NCBI GenBank assembly: GCA_002269645.1
Contig: NIVC01000035.1
Location: forward strand, 735,362-799,361
Source of the DNA: Macrostomum lignano
Taxonomy: Eukaryota
DNA length: 64,000 bases
Reading direction: 5' to 3'
The first letter of the stretch is position 1. Each line of letters begins with the position of its first letter. Positions 25,877-37,277 of this stretch are shown piece by piece. Below the pieces are notes generated by a model. That model saw nothing but the letters and a program-made list of their open reading frames with translations, had not been told where the DNA came from and searched no databases. Position numbers and translations under genes: made by a program.

Positions 25877-26180
25877 TGTTCTGGAGCTGCCACTGTCTCG
25901 TGGTATTTCTTAAACTTTTCGTTTGCAATAGCTACATGTACGTTCAATTAGGCTAACGTTTATTTTGCTCATACGTACAGTCCCTAATTATTGATCGCAC
26001 CACTTTCATTCTTCACTGATCGCCCCACCCCACATTACGCTCACGTGTATTGTACGCTTTCACTCAGCTCATTAAATATATCGACCCAGAGCATCTCGCT
26101 CAAAAGGCCCTTTTCGTTTTTCATCGTTGCAATAGCGCAGCATATAGTTTGTCTTTCATCTCGAGTTATTCTTGCAACCA
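25877..26180 (+). repeat. 5' LTR of BEL/Pao element
   Basis: TGTTCTGGAG...TTGCAACCA; the only difference I saw from the 3' LTR is 26173 T vs 31716 A. Confidence 0.96.
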
Positions 26181-26182
26181 TT

Positions 26183-26200
26183 TGGTAGCAGAGCGTGGTT
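26183..26200 (+). promoter_or_regulatory. Primer-binding site, initiator tRNA-Met type
   Basis: TGGTAGCAGAGCGTGGTT begins 2 nt after the LTR and is complementary to the 3' end of metazoan initiator tRNA-Met (...CUCUGCUACCA). Confidence 0.85.
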
Positions 26201-26244
26201 ACTCAAGCCACAGTACATCGTGTCCAATAGTCTGTTAGATCAGT

Positions 26245-29200
26245 ATGAGCGACGACGAAAAACAGAAGCAAGCGCCAGAGCCCGATGTTGCTTCGCCGAA
26301 TGCTCTGAGGCGACAAAAGACCAAGTTCAAGTCTGCGCTGACCAAGAATCGAAATAAACTGGCCTGGCTATTACAAGACGGTTCTGACAAGAGCGAAATT
26401 CAGCACCAATGCGAAGCCGTAACCGAGATCTTCGAGGGAACAATCGAGGCGCTGTACGAGTTGAGCGACGAGTTGCAACGAAACAACAGCGACGCAGCAC
26501 AGCACTCTCGGCTGCTCGATGAAATAGAAACCGTCGAGGAGGACTACCGCGTCAGCATGCGAGAGGTCCAGCGTTTCCTAGCAACTCAGCAGTCACCATC
26601 TGCAGCGGCACAAGTTTCTCAGGAGACAGCGGCAGCGTCGGCAGCAGAGCCGGCGGCAGAGTCGGCGGCAGCGACAGCCCAATCGCTGGGTGCAGTCAAT
26701 CTAGATCGGCAAATCGGATTCAGTGTTGCAGAGCCGGACTTCATGCGAGGACAGAGACAGCAGAGGCCCTACAGAGACCTTGGTGAGTTTGGCTACCTGC
26801 CTTCTTCAAATCAGCATGCGGGTTTCGAGATGAGAGCGGAGGATCGAACAAGCTCTTCTGAATCAGTAGACGAATGCAGGCTCGGCAACTCTTCGGAGCA
26901 AGAGCTGTCGAAGGATCTCTGGAAGATGTTGCGCAGAGTGGAGATTCCAACATTCTATGGCGACAAGCAACAGTATGAAGCGTGGAAGGCTGCCTTCATG
27001 GCATGCATCGATAGGGCTCCAGCAACACCAGAGTTCAAACTGCTGCAGTTGCGTCAGTATTTGCGTGGATCAGCGCTGAAGGTGATAGAGCACTTGGGTC
27101 ATTCGGCTGCTGCCTATCAGGCGGCCAAGGAGAGATTGGAGCGTGAGTACGGCGGCAAGCGACGACAGTTGGCGCACTACTTGGAAGAGCTAGATAGTTT
27201 TCCACCCGTGAAGCAGAATAGTGCCGAGGAGCTGAAGAAATTCGCAAACATCCTCGATGTGGCTGTAATTAATTTGGAAGAAGCTGGTAAGAACTCCGAA
27301 CTTAGTGATGGACTGCTTTATGCTAGATTGCAAAAAAAGTTACCAGAGCCGATGGTCGCAGCATTTCGACGATGGATCTTCGAGAAGGCGAAAGCAGAAG
27401 GCGTTAGGACCCTTCGAGAGTGGGTTTTGCGTGAGGCAGAGTTCCGGACTGAGGCAGCAGAAATTGTGTACGGGGTGGCCGCATCGAGTCAGGAGCAACC
27501 AAGAAAGGACAGCAAGCAGAAGGCCTTCCATGTAGCGCAGCTAAGCAAGAGCTCAAGCAAGGGGAGCTACTCCTGTGTAGTCTGCAAGGAGGCGCACGAT
27601 CTATGGAAGTGTCCCGCATTCGGGAAACTGTCGTCTGAGAACAGATGGAAGGCTGCTCAGGAAGCCAAAGCCTGTTTCCGCTGTCTTGGCCATGGTCACA
27701 CCGGTATGAACTGCCGACGAGGTCGAAAGTGCGGCGTTGATGGATGCACCAAATCCCACCATCGTCTGCTGCATTCGACAGCAAGGTCGGAATCGAAAGA
27801 GAAGTCAGAAGTCAAAGCCGGTGCTGAGCAAGAAATGCAGTCGAAGCCCAAAGCTGCAACCGTGACAATGGTCGCTAGAGAAGCCAGTGCGGTTTCACTT
27901 CGAACGGTTCCGGTCATTCTTAAGGCGAATAGGCGAGCGGTGAAGGTCAATGCCTTACTTGATGACGCCAGCACAAAGACCTATTTGAATACGGCGATAG
28001 CATCCAAGCTTGGCCTGCACGGCAAACAGGAATCAATGCAGGTAAACGTGTTGAACGGACAGGTGGAAACCTTCATAACAGCACCAGTGTCATGCACCTT
28101 GGAGAGTACTGACGGCCAAATAAGCAAGGAGATTACTGCGCTGACGGTAGATAGAGTGACAGGGAACATGGAAGTAGTAGATTGGCAAGAATTGGCGTCG
28201 AAATGGTCGCACTTAGCAAGCATTCCGTTTCCAAGAATGCAAACGCCAGCGGAGGTTGACTTTCTGATCGGAGTCGATCACCCAGACTTGCATGCATCAC
28301 AGTTGGAAGTGACCGGCAACCCAGGAGATCCGCAAGCGCGGCTGACACCTTTAGGTTGGACTTGTATCGGTAGAGTTGATGGAGCTTCGGAGCACGCGTT
28401 GTTTGCAAACACGTTCTTCAGCCGAGGCGGGTCTGAGAATCTAGCGCCACTGTTACGCCAGTTTTGGGAAGTAGAAGAGGTGAGAAGCATCGAACCATCT
28501 TCATTTACTAATGCAGAGCAGCTCGCTTTGGAAAGAACTCGATCATCGCTAAAGTTCGTCGATGGGCGATACCAAGTTGGCATTCCGTGGAAACCGGATG
28601 TCACGTTTAATGATAGCAACTTTGAAATGGCTATCAGGCGGCTTGCAAATACCGAGAAGAGGCTCCGCAAAGATCCGGATCTAGCAAAGCAGTATCAGGA
28701 CGTCATCAGTCGCTACGAAAATGTTGGCTACATCAGAAGAGTACTGGAGCATGAGCAACAACCAGCGAACAGGTATCACCTTCCTCATTTCCCAGTGGTT
28801 CGAATGGATAAGGCAACTACCAAGGTGCGCATCGTCTTTGATGCTTCAGCTGGCGGTGAGGAGTCGTTAAATAGCCTTATGCTGGCAGGACCGAAGCTTC
28901 AGAAAGATCTGGTTGATGTGCTCCTACGCTTCAGGAGGCATCCAGTGGCGGTTGCTTGCGACATTTCTGAAATGTACTTGCAAATCGCGATCGCACCAGA
29001 AGATCGGGCAGCGCACAGCTTTCTGTGGCGGGACATGGATCCGACAAAGGTACCACAGACATTCGAGTTCAACCGAGTGGTTTTTGGAGCAACGAGCTCA
29101 CCATTTCTGGCGCAATTCGTGACTCAGGAGCACGCGAAGAAGCTGAAGCAGGAGTTTCCATCGGCCGCAGAAACAGTGCTCCAGTCAACTTACATGGATG

Positions 29201-30843
29201 ACTGCCTGGATTCGAAGAAGACTGATTCAGAGGCTATTCAGTTGTATCAGGAGCTGAGCCAATTGTGGGAGCGAGCTGGTATGCACGCTAGGAAGTGGAT
29301 TTCAAACTCAAGAGCATTGCTTGCGTCTGTAGCACCAGAGGATAGAGTCGCGGAGGTGAGCCTGGATGGTCAGCCGTTGCCAGTTTCGAAGACGCTTGGA
29401 GTAGTCTGGAAAAGTGAGGACGATGAATTCACCTTTGTTGCTGATAGCGAGCTGAGACCAGTCAAGTCAAAGAGAGATCTGCTAAAGAGATTGGCTTCAG
29501 TGTACGATCCTCTCGGACTGATAGCACCTTTCACTGCACAGGCAAAGATACTACTGCAGGAGCTCTGGTGCAGCGGCCTTGATTGGGATGAAGCGCCGGA
29601 CGAGGCTCTGCAAAGGAGGATTCAAGCATGGTGTGCTGACCTGACGAAGCTGAACTGCTTTCGAGTTTATCGCTGTCTGCAGTTCTCTTGCGTACCTACG
29701 CAGTCTCAGCTTCACTGCTTTGTCGATGCTTCGGAGAAGGCCTACGGAGCAGTGTGTTATCTACGATGCAAGTACACCGACGCCTCGATATCCGTTCGGC
29801 TCATCGCTGCCAAGTCTCGAGTTGCACCCATAGCAACTATGAGCATTCCGAGGCTGGAGCTGATGGCAGCGGTCATTGGGCTGAATCTAGCGGTCAAGAT
29901 TGCCAAGGCACTAGTGATGAACATCAAAGATGCGGTATTCTGGTCGGACAGCATGAACGTTCTGTTTTGGATTCGTGGAAGAGGACGCTTCTTTGAACCG
30001 TTCGTTGCGAATCGCATCGGAGAAATCCAGCAGACAACTGATCCGAACCAGTGGAGACACGTGCCAACGGCGTGCAATCCTGCCGATCTGCTGTCAAGAG
30101 GCGCAACGATAACTCAGCTGGCCGAGGATCAGAAATGGAAAAACGGTCCAGAGTTTTTACATCATGACGATTACAAGTGGCCAAGTACCAGGTTGGAGCG
30201 ACCAGCAGACCTGGAGACGAAAGGTTCGGCGAAAGATTCAGTCCCGTCCGAAGCGGTCATGTGTGCAACAATGGTCACCAGCGAGCAAAGAAAGCATCAA
30301 GTAGAGCGGCTCGATCCAAGCAGGTTCTCCAGCTGGATGAAATTCTTGAGGGTAAATGCCTGGATTAGCAGATTTGCCAACAATTGTCGCTTCGAACCAC
30401 AGTACCGAACTCGAGGAGAGCTGCAGGCGTCGGAGCTGGAAGACGCGGAGTTAAGAATCATCAAGGATGTGCAGCAAGATGCATTTAGCACGGAGCTTTC
30501 CGCCTTGAGGAAGAACAAGAGCGTTTCTGAGAGCAGCAAGCTGGCTAGAATGCATCCCAGACTCGATCCTAGCGGCGTTCTTCGCTCAGAGAGTCGTCTA
30601 CAGTTGGCCGAAGCATTGCCGGTTAGTATCAGATCACCAATCATCTTGCCAAAGCTCGACCTCAAGCCCGGGGACGTCGTGCTGTATGTCTGTCCGGACA
30701 GCCCTCGGGGTCACTGGCCTCTGGCTCGAGTCCTGGAGGTGTACCCGGGTCGAGACGGCCATGTTCGAGTAGCAAAGGTGCAGCTGGCGGACAAGGTTCT
30801 GACGCGGCCAATCAACAGACTGTGCCCATTGATTGCTGATTGA
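26245..30843 (+). CDS. BEL/Pao gag-pol polyprotein (1532 aa) lacking the integrase zinc-finger and DDE core
   Basis: Gag EIPTFYGD motif; three Cys/His knuckles (CVVCKEAHDLWKC, CFRCLGHGHTGMNC, CGVDGCTKSHHRLLH); protease LLDDAS; RT YMDD; RNase H FVDASEKAYG. PIILPK then joins directly to the C-terminal GDVVL...RGHWPLARV...GRDGHVR motif. Confidence 0.93.
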   Translation: MSDDEKQKQAPEPDVASPNALRRQKTKFKSALTKNRNKLAWLLQDGSDKSEIQHQCEAVTEIFEGTIEALYELSDELQRNNSDAAQHSRLLDEIETVEEDYRVSMREVQRFLATQQSPSAAAQVSQETAAASAAEPAAESAAATAQSLGAVNLDRQIGFSVAEPDFMRGQRQQRPYRDLGEFGYLPSSNQHAGFEMRAEDRTSSSESVDECRLGNSSEQELSKDLWKMLRRVEIPTFYGDKQQYEAWKAAFMACIDRAPATPEFKLLQLRQYLRGSALKVIEHLGHSAAAYQAAKERLEREYGGKRRQLAHYLEELDSFPPVKQNSAEELKKFANILDVAVINLEEAGKNSELSDGLLYARLQKKLPEPMVAAFRRWIFEKAKAEGVRTLREWVLREAEFRTEAAEIVYGVAASSQEQPRKDSKQKAFHVAQLSKSSSKGSYSCVVCKEAHDLWKCPAFGKLSSENRWKAAQEAKACFRCLGHGHTGMNCRRGRKCGVDGCTKSHHRLLHSTARSESKEKSEVKAGAEQEMQSKPKAATVTMVAREASAVSLRTVPVILKANRRAVKVNALLDDASTKTYLNTAIASKLGLHGKQESMQVNVLNGQVETFITAPVSCTLESTDGQISKEITALTVDRVTGNMEVVDWQELASKWSHLASIPFPRMQTPAEVDFLIGVDHPDLHASQLEVTGNPGDPQARLTPLGWTCIGRVDGASEHALFANTFFSRGGSENLAPLLRQFWEVEEVRSIEPSSFTNAEQLALERTRSSLKFVDGRYQVGIPWKPDVTFNDSNFEMAIRRLANTEKRLRKDPDLAKQYQDVISRYENVGYIRRVLEHEQQPANRYHLPHFPVVRMDKATTKVRIVFDASAGGEESLNSLMLAGPKLQKDLVDVLLRFRRHPVAVACDISEMYLQIAIAPEDRAAHSFLWRDMDPTKVPQTFEFNRVVFGATSSPFLAQFVTQEHAKKLKQEFPSAAETVLQSTYMDDCLDSKKTDSEAIQLYQELSQLWERAGMHARKWISNSRALLASVAPEDRVAEVSLDGQPLPVSKTLGVVWKSEDDEFTFVADSELRPVKSKRDLLKRLASVYDPLGLIAPFTAQAKILLQELWCSGLDWDEAPDEALQRRIQAWCADLTKLNCFRVYRCLQFSCVPTQSQLHCFVDASEKAYGAVCYLRCKYTDASISVRLIAAKSRVAPIATMSIPRLELMAAVIGLNLAVKIAKALVMNIKDAVFWSDSMNVLFWIRGRGRFFEPFVANRIGEIQQTTDPNQWRHVPTACNPADLLSRGATITQLAEDQKWKNGPEFLHHDDYKWPSTRLERPADLETKGSAKDSVPSEAVMCATMVTSEQRKHQVERLDPSRFSSWMKFLRVNAWISRFANNCRFEPQYRTRGELQASELEDAELRIIKDVQQDAFSTELSALRKNKSVSESSKLARMHPRLDPSGVLRSESRLQLAEALPVSIRSPIILPKLDLKPGDVVLYVCPDSPRGHWPLARVLEVYPGRDGHVRVAKVQLADKVLTRPINRLCPLIAD

Positions 30844-31406
30844 AGGCTGACTATGACTCACTGATCGATGGACTGTAACTGTCAATCCCCGTGTCGATTC
30901 GTATTTTCATTTTCGTCATTTTGTCATTATCATTTTTGTCGCTTTCTAGACAGTGTTTTTTTTCGGTGTGCGAATGATTACTTAGTTTTATTTTGTTTGT
31001 TTGTCAAATACGTTTATTTCGGTCATGTTTAAATTTTGAGTTTGGTGTTTGCCTTCGTAATTTAGGTTTTTAATTTTTTGAATCGATTATTATTTATATC
31101 GTAATCCAAATTTAACCATGTTGCATCGCGATTTCACGTTGTCCTTTGTCTTGTAATCACATCACTCTCTGGTAATGGGTTGATCATCTTAAAATCTTTT
31201 TTCGTGAAATGCTATACAACTGCAGTTTACTGTAACAGAGCCCAGCAAGACAATTTTGTTTAGTCAAGTTTTGTACAAGTACGAAATGCGTAAGTTCTGC
31301 GTCATAACTTTTTCTGCATCTTTATCTCATAGGTTTTGCTTCCACTGCCACTCATTTTCAAAATTACATTTTTGCATCATTATTTTGTTTTTGCCATAGA
31401 CATGTC

Positions 31407-31419
31407 AAGGTGGGGGGTA
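31407..31419 (+). promoter_or_regulatory. Polypurine tract of BEL/Pao element
   Basis: AAGGTGGGGGGTA immediately before the 3' LTR. Confidence 0.85.
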
Positions 31420-31723
31420 TGTTCTGGAGCTGCCACTGTCTCGTGGTATTTCTTAAACTTTTCGTTTGCAATAGCTACATGTACGTTCAATTAGGCTAAC
31501 GTTTATTTTGCTCATACGTACAGTCCCTAATTATTGATCGCACCACTTTCATTCTTCACTGATCGCCCCACCCCACATTACGCTCACGTGTATTGTACGC
31601 TTTCACTCAGCTCATTAAATATATCGACCCAGAGCATCTCGCTCAAAAGGCCCTTTTCGTTTTTCATCGTTGCAATAGCGCAGCATATAGTTTGTCTTTC
31701 ATCTCGAGTTATTCTAGCAACCA
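31420..31723 (+). repeat. 3' LTR of BEL/Pao element
   Basis: 304-bp direct repeat of 25877-26180. Confidence 0.96.
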
Positions 31724-33190
31724 CACTAGATGAGTGTTTTCAAACGATATAACCATTTAGGCATAATTGTCTTTTATAGATATTGATCAAGCCCACTACT
31801 GTAGTAATCGGCATACTTCTACGTTATTGATTAGAGTTAGAATGTTTCGTGTTTTTACCGATTTGCTTGTCTAGAGGTACTGACGACAATACATTTGTTC
31901 CACCTGTAGTTGCAGTTTCTCTTTTCGCGTGCGAGTCAGAGTGCATTGTGACAATTATATGCATCAGTGCGTACAGTTCTTGGTCAAAACCAACTCAACT
32001 TCCGTAGTCTTATTTAGGAAGAGGATAATTTCTTCCTAAATTGACACACTTTGTACATCACCTTGAGTCTTCGATGTCCGAGTCTTGCAGCAGATATCCA
32101 TGTCTTTATGTCAAAGGTTATGTGAAAGCACCTGGGATCGACAGATATTCCTCCAGGAATTGACGTTAAAATCAGAGAGCAATCAAACCAGACGACTCAA
32201 TATCGGCTTGCAATTAAGGAACTATTCCGGCTTTCTATAATTACTTTACAGGTATTACACTGCCGTACCCTACAGGCAAGATCAATTAGTATCAAAAAGA
32301 TAGTCATTAGGTGACGTCGTTTCAATGCGGACTGTCGATTAATTGGTTGTGACGATCTGGCACTCAGTATCCGATGAAGGCATATCGTAAAAGTTCATGT
32401 ATAGCCTAAATCCTTGATATGCATGGAGCTCGTACCGGGAAACGAGCAAGTAGAGATCAAGTGCATGTATGGACCTCAGATACCGGACTGGATTGTTAAT
32501 TGCCTTAATTGGTCTCCACTGTGATCTGCGATCTATTAAGGTCAGCTATGTCCTTCTATACATGTACTTCAGTGTGAATCACTGTGTAGGCTTAATTAAT
32601 ATTTGATCTATAAAAGTCCGAACGCATTCAATCTCGTAAATCTACTATTAATATATTTCATTGTTTCTATAAAAATTATAAAAAAGGATGAAAGACAATT
32701 TAGGCAATGCATCATGAAAATTGAATGAAATGCGAGAGTGCGAAAATAAGTGTTTCGAAAAAGAGTGGGTAGAGATACATGTAGTAAGTGACAGTGCATT
32801 TGACTGAAATTGAAAGCCAAGCTATGACTATCTGCATCGCTCTCAATAAAAGCAAGGTAGCTTGTCAGTGACGAACATTTCGTTAAAAGCTGTTGCACGG
32901 TTTGAGATCCGACACTTCATCGCGCCATGCGACAATTATTTTCCGCTGTTTTTTTGATGCGCTTCGCTGCAGTTCGCATGCAGTTCCTGATCATATTCCC
33001 ACTGGAGTCATATTCCCCCTGTCTCTGTACCTGCTCTCACATTTCTTTCTAGAATCCCTAGCTGGAATTTCTAGCTGAGCCTAATTGCTTACGGCTGATT
33101 TGCGTCACTGTCGCAGTGTCGCGAGCTAAATTTGTAACACTTCGTGCATGTTAAAAAATAACTGCCCGTCTGGCTATTTTACTGACTAAC

Positions 33191-33715
33191 TGAGTCGTCT
33201 GGATTGTCTCTGAGTCGTCTGGATTATCTATGAGTCGTCTGGATTGTCTCTGAGTCGTTTGGATTGTCTCTGAGTCGTCTGGATTATCTCTGAGTTGTCT
33301 GGATTATCTCTGAGTCGTCTGGATTGTCTCTGAGTCGTCTGTATTATCTCTGAGTCGTCTGGATTGTCTCTGAGTCGTCTGGATTATCTCTGAGTCGTCT
33401 GGATTGTCTCTGAGTCGTTTGGATTGTCTCTGAGTCGTCTGGATTATCTCTGAGTTGTCTGGATTATCTCTGAGTCGTCTTTATTGTCTCTGAGTTGTTT
33501 GGAGTGTGTCTGAGTCGTTTGGATTGTCTTTGAGTCGTTTGGATTGTCTCTGAACCGTTTGGATTGTCTCTGAGTCGTTTGGATTGTCTCTGAGTCGTTT
33601 GGATTGTCTCTGAGTCGTTTGGATTGCTTTTAAGTCGTCTATATCGTATTTGAGTCGGCTTGATTGTCTCTGAGTCGTATGAATTGTCTTTGAGTCGTTT
33701 AAAGTGTCTTTGAGT
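33191..33715. repeat. 20-bp minisatellite
   Basis: Unit TGAGTCGTCTGGATT(G/A)TCTC, about 26 copies, degenerating towards the right end. Confidence 0.95.
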
Positions 33716-34700
33716 GTCTAGCTCGTGTCGTACAAGTCTAGTAGTTTAAAGCATAAGTTTTTTGCAGTTTCTTAGGGCTACTAGGGCTACAAAATAAGTT
33801 ATCGATACTGTCTTAGTCTCAATGCCGGCCCATGACGGAAACCCTTGTCAATGAAGATTAGTTTCCTACCACTGCATCCGTCGATAGCGACCTAGTACGC
33901 TGAAAAGGTTACTTTGCCGTTTAGGCAGCAAAGTACATTTATTCTTTTCCTACTTCCCAATACATCCGCATTCTAGCACAGCATTGGAAATTCAAAATCA
34001 GCATTAGTTGGTCGCCCAACCGCTCTGACTTCTCAAACTGTCGACTGCAGTTTACCTATAGTTACCGACTCAGTCCACGGGTCGTTTCCCTATCCTACGG
34101 CCTCTACTTCAGCGACTGTCCTTGGCGTGGCTCAGTGTGACTGACACTTCCGCCAAAAACTGTTGGGAGAATTGGCTCTGCCTCCGATCGCTCTACCGGG
34201 CGATTGAGGGCTTGAAGAGTTGAGCTAGCGGAGGATGAGGTGGCTCGCTAGAGCATTGAGCTTGCAGCAGTTTGTGACTTCTTTTCAATTTCGTCACTAT
34301 AATCATTACTCAGTATTGGCCTGCGGGCTTGGCATAAACAGGAACCGGTGATGCCTATCGACTCTCGCCGTGAGGACTTTTTGGTTGAAGCTTTTTGTTA
34401 CTTTCTAAGGGGAGAGTCAACAACTATTTTTTTGAAGTGTTTTGTACTGACCGCTTATAAATGACTCCCGAAAGTTATATCACGTTACATAGGGGAAATT
34501 AAAAAAGAAACAATGAACCTTCCGCGACATCGTCCCATAATCATAAAATTTCAGAGATTCCCTTAACTGCATCTCTGCACGCACGCTTAAGCTGGATGTC
34601 AAAGTCGCTAAAACGATGCAATCATGTAGCGTTTGCGACACAAGCACCTCCCAGAGTGACCGACTGGTTGACTCCGACTGAGATGGATAGGCAACTGCCA

Positions 34701-34742
34701 GCCAATCAGAGGCTTCCAAGGGCTGTAAAAAGGAAATATAAA
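34701..34742 (+). promoter_or_regulatory. Candidate CCAAT and TATA boxes of the GPCR gene
   Basis: GCCAATCAGA at 34701-34710 and TATAAA at 34737-34742, about 60 nt before the ATG. Confidence 0.4.
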
Positions 34743-34801
34743 GTAAAATCTTTGCCTGAGATTAGTCCCGCTACTCCCAGTTATACGCTACCGGCATTGA
34801 T

Positions 34802-36295
34802 ATGAGCGGCGTCAACAATAGCAGCATTAGTTGCTTAGCAACTCTGACGCCTAGCAGCGTTATCAATTCGCCGCAGTTTCCAGTTCGAGTTCTAGTTGCC
34901 AGCCTGTTGGCTTTGGTTGCTATGGAAACGCTGCTAGGCAACAGCCTGGTGATCGCCTCGGTAATTAGATTCCGCCGCCTACGCACCCGGAACTGTTTCC
35001 ACCTGCTGGCCTCACTGGCATCGGCCGACATCGCCATCGCTCTGATTGTCATGCCCTGCTCCATCGTGCACACGATGCTCGGCTGCTGGCCTCTGGGTGA
35101 CTTTCTCTGCAAATTCTATCAGGCCAGCGACATCATGTGCTGCACGGCCAGCATCCTGCATCTGTGCCTCATCAGTTTGGACCGCTACATTGCCGTCACT
35201 CGACCGTTGCACTATCGGAGTCTTGTCAGGCCTAGACGAATCTGGGCGACAGTGGCGCTGGTGTGGGCCGTCAGCATCGGCCTGAGCTTCGGCCCTGTCT
35301 ACTCAGGCGCTGTGCAGCAGTCGCAGTCGGACTCGAGCGACGGTCAGTGCCAGATGCAGCCAGATAGAACCTACGCCGTGGTGTCCGCGTCAACCTCCTT
35401 CTTTCTGCCAATGCTGGTGATGACCCTGGCCTACGTCCGGGTGCATCGAATCGCCACGGCTCACACCGTTGGGACCTGGAGGAGGAAAGCTCGTCGACGA
35501 TCGTGCTGCGACAAAGGCGGTGGTGGTGGCGGCGGCGGGGCCTCTGACGCCTCTTCGTCGTCGAACAGGACGGCAACGGTCACGGCTACGCTGTCGGTCG
35601 TGGTTACGACAAAGAAAAGTTCGGCCGCGGCGGTGGCAGCGGCAGCGGTTCGAGTCACCCGGCACATGACCAGCGAGACCAAGGCGACAAAGACTCTCGG
35701 CCTGATTCTCGGCTGCTTCTATGTCTGCTGGTTCCCGTTCTTCATCATGTACACGGGCTGCCCGTTCACGGCCGACCAGTGCAACAGTCTGCCGTTCTGG
35801 CTGGTGACAGCCGTCACCTGGGTGGGCTACGCCAACTCGGGCGTGAATCCGATTTTGTACTGCTCGAATCAGCGCGAGTTCCGTCTGGCGTACCTGCGCA
35901 TTCTCGGCTGCCGGACTGGTGGGCCGAGGAGCGACGGCGGCAGGCGGCTCAGCGGAGCAGCGGCGGCGGCGGCGGTGGCTACGCACGCTGCAGCGGCGCA
36001 AGCAGCGGCCTCGGCGGCAGCAACGAGTGGCGGCCGAGCAGCCGGGGGAGCGACGCTATCAGCGGCTGCGAATAGATGGTGCCTGGACGGTAGCCAGGCC
36101 AGCGGTCGTCATGGCAACGGTAGCAGCAGGCTCAGCAACAGCCACCGCTTGCTGTTGTACAATAACGACTTCAACGGAACGAATAGCCGTCCGTGTGACG
36201 GCGGAGGAGACCGCAGTAGCCGCCAGTCCGGGAACAGTTCAGCGGAGATTATCGAGCTCTGCCCATTGAATAGGCAGATACCGGCGATGCTGTGA
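34802..36295 (+). CDS. Intronless class A biogenic-amine GPCR, D1-dopamine/octopamine-like (497 aa)
   Basis: TM1 GN, TM2 LASAD, TM3 Asp in DIMCCTASILHLCLISLDRY, TM5 serines (SASTSFFLP), ETKATKTL..CWFPFF in TM6 and NSGVNPILY in TM7. The exact ligand cannot be assigned from motifs. Confidence 0.93.
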   Translation: MSGVNNSSISCLATLTPSSVINSPQFPVRVLVASLLALVAMETLLGNSLVIASVIRFRRLRTRNCFHLLASLASADIAIALIVMPCSIVHTMLGCWPLGDFLCKFYQASDIMCCTASILHLCLISLDRYIAVTRPLHYRSLVRPRRIWATVALVWAVSIGLSFGPVYSGAVQQSQSDSSDGQCQMQPDRTYAVVSASTSFFLPMLVMTLAYVRVHRIATAHTVGTWRRKARRRSCCDKGGGGGGGGASDASSSSNRTATVTATLSVVVTTKKSSAAAVAAAAVRVTRHMTSETKATKTLGLILGCFYVCWFPFFIMYTGCPFTADQCNSLPFWLVTAVTWVGYANSGVNPILYCSNQREFRLAYLRILGCRTGGPRSDGGRRLSGAAAAAAVATHAAAAQAAASAAATSGGRAAGGATLSAAANRWCLDGSQASGRHGNGSSRLSNSHRLLLYNNDFNGTNSRPCDGGGDRSSRQSGNSSAEIIELCPLNRQIPAML

Positions 36296-37277
36296 CAGAT
36301 TACGCAAGGCTTGATTGACCTACTGTGCACTTGTTGTGAGTGCGTGTAGTCCGTAGCTGCAGATAGTTGTTCAACCGAATTTTCATCTTTCTCTTGTAAC
36401 ATTTGTTGCCTGTCGATTGTATACTCAGACTAATTGTAATATTTAAATAAAAATGACTACAAATTGAACCTGAAGCTCATATCCGGAACTGAATCGAAGA
36501 TATTTGATTGGATTGGTTGGACCCATGAGTGAAGAAAGTTGAAGATTGCTTGGCTAACCGTTGGAGACAGACTAGCTGGGGGATTTAAACGATTCGATTA
36601 TTGCGCACACGACACTGGCCCCGAGGTTTTTCCCTATTGCGATTTATATTCACGCTACAAAAATCTGCTTTCCAGAAGAGGCTCGAAACTTGAAGTAGAA
36701 CTCAAGTGCCTGTAAATCGGGAAGCTCAAACCCAAAGTACGACGTACTTCAATACGATTGTAAATACTAGAGCTAATGCCCTAATGCACTTATTAAGTAC
36801 GTCTAAAACTCACTGGCAACTCTGGTGCATCAGACCCTAAATTGTAAACAGTCTAAACTTCAGACTGCTTTTACCATTATAAAGTTAGCTCAAGGACGAA
36901 CTTGGGAGCTAGGTAAAGCAGAGTTCCCTTGGCCGCTTTTCAAAGGAATAACACTGCAGATTACAATTTCATTAGGAGAGGTGTTCCGGCAAAAAGCTCT
37001 CTTTGAGGAGCGGCTACTGATCAAGCTAAAAGTAGCAGAAACTCGCCTTAATTTCCTTGAAAGCTTGTGCACTTTTAATCTGAAGAACGTTTACGATTTA
37101 CGCTGTTGTTCTTTTATACTTTCTTAATAGAGGCGATGCTCCCAAACCTTAGACCGGCCTCTATGGCCGAAAAAGGCACATGCGCACGTACATTTAAAAG
37201 ATGCCTTACGATTTGCAGATTGAAAAACCGTTCTGTGAATATTTTGCTAAACTAAACAAACTAAACCAGCTGAGCTG

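Larger units (their letters stand above)
25877..31723 (+). mobile_element. BEL/Pao LTR retrotransposon, recent insertion, integrase-deleted
   Basis: 304-bp TG..CA LTRs, 5-bp TSD CACTA (25872-25876, 31724-31728), PBS, PPT and a single gag-pol ORF. Confidence 0.96.
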
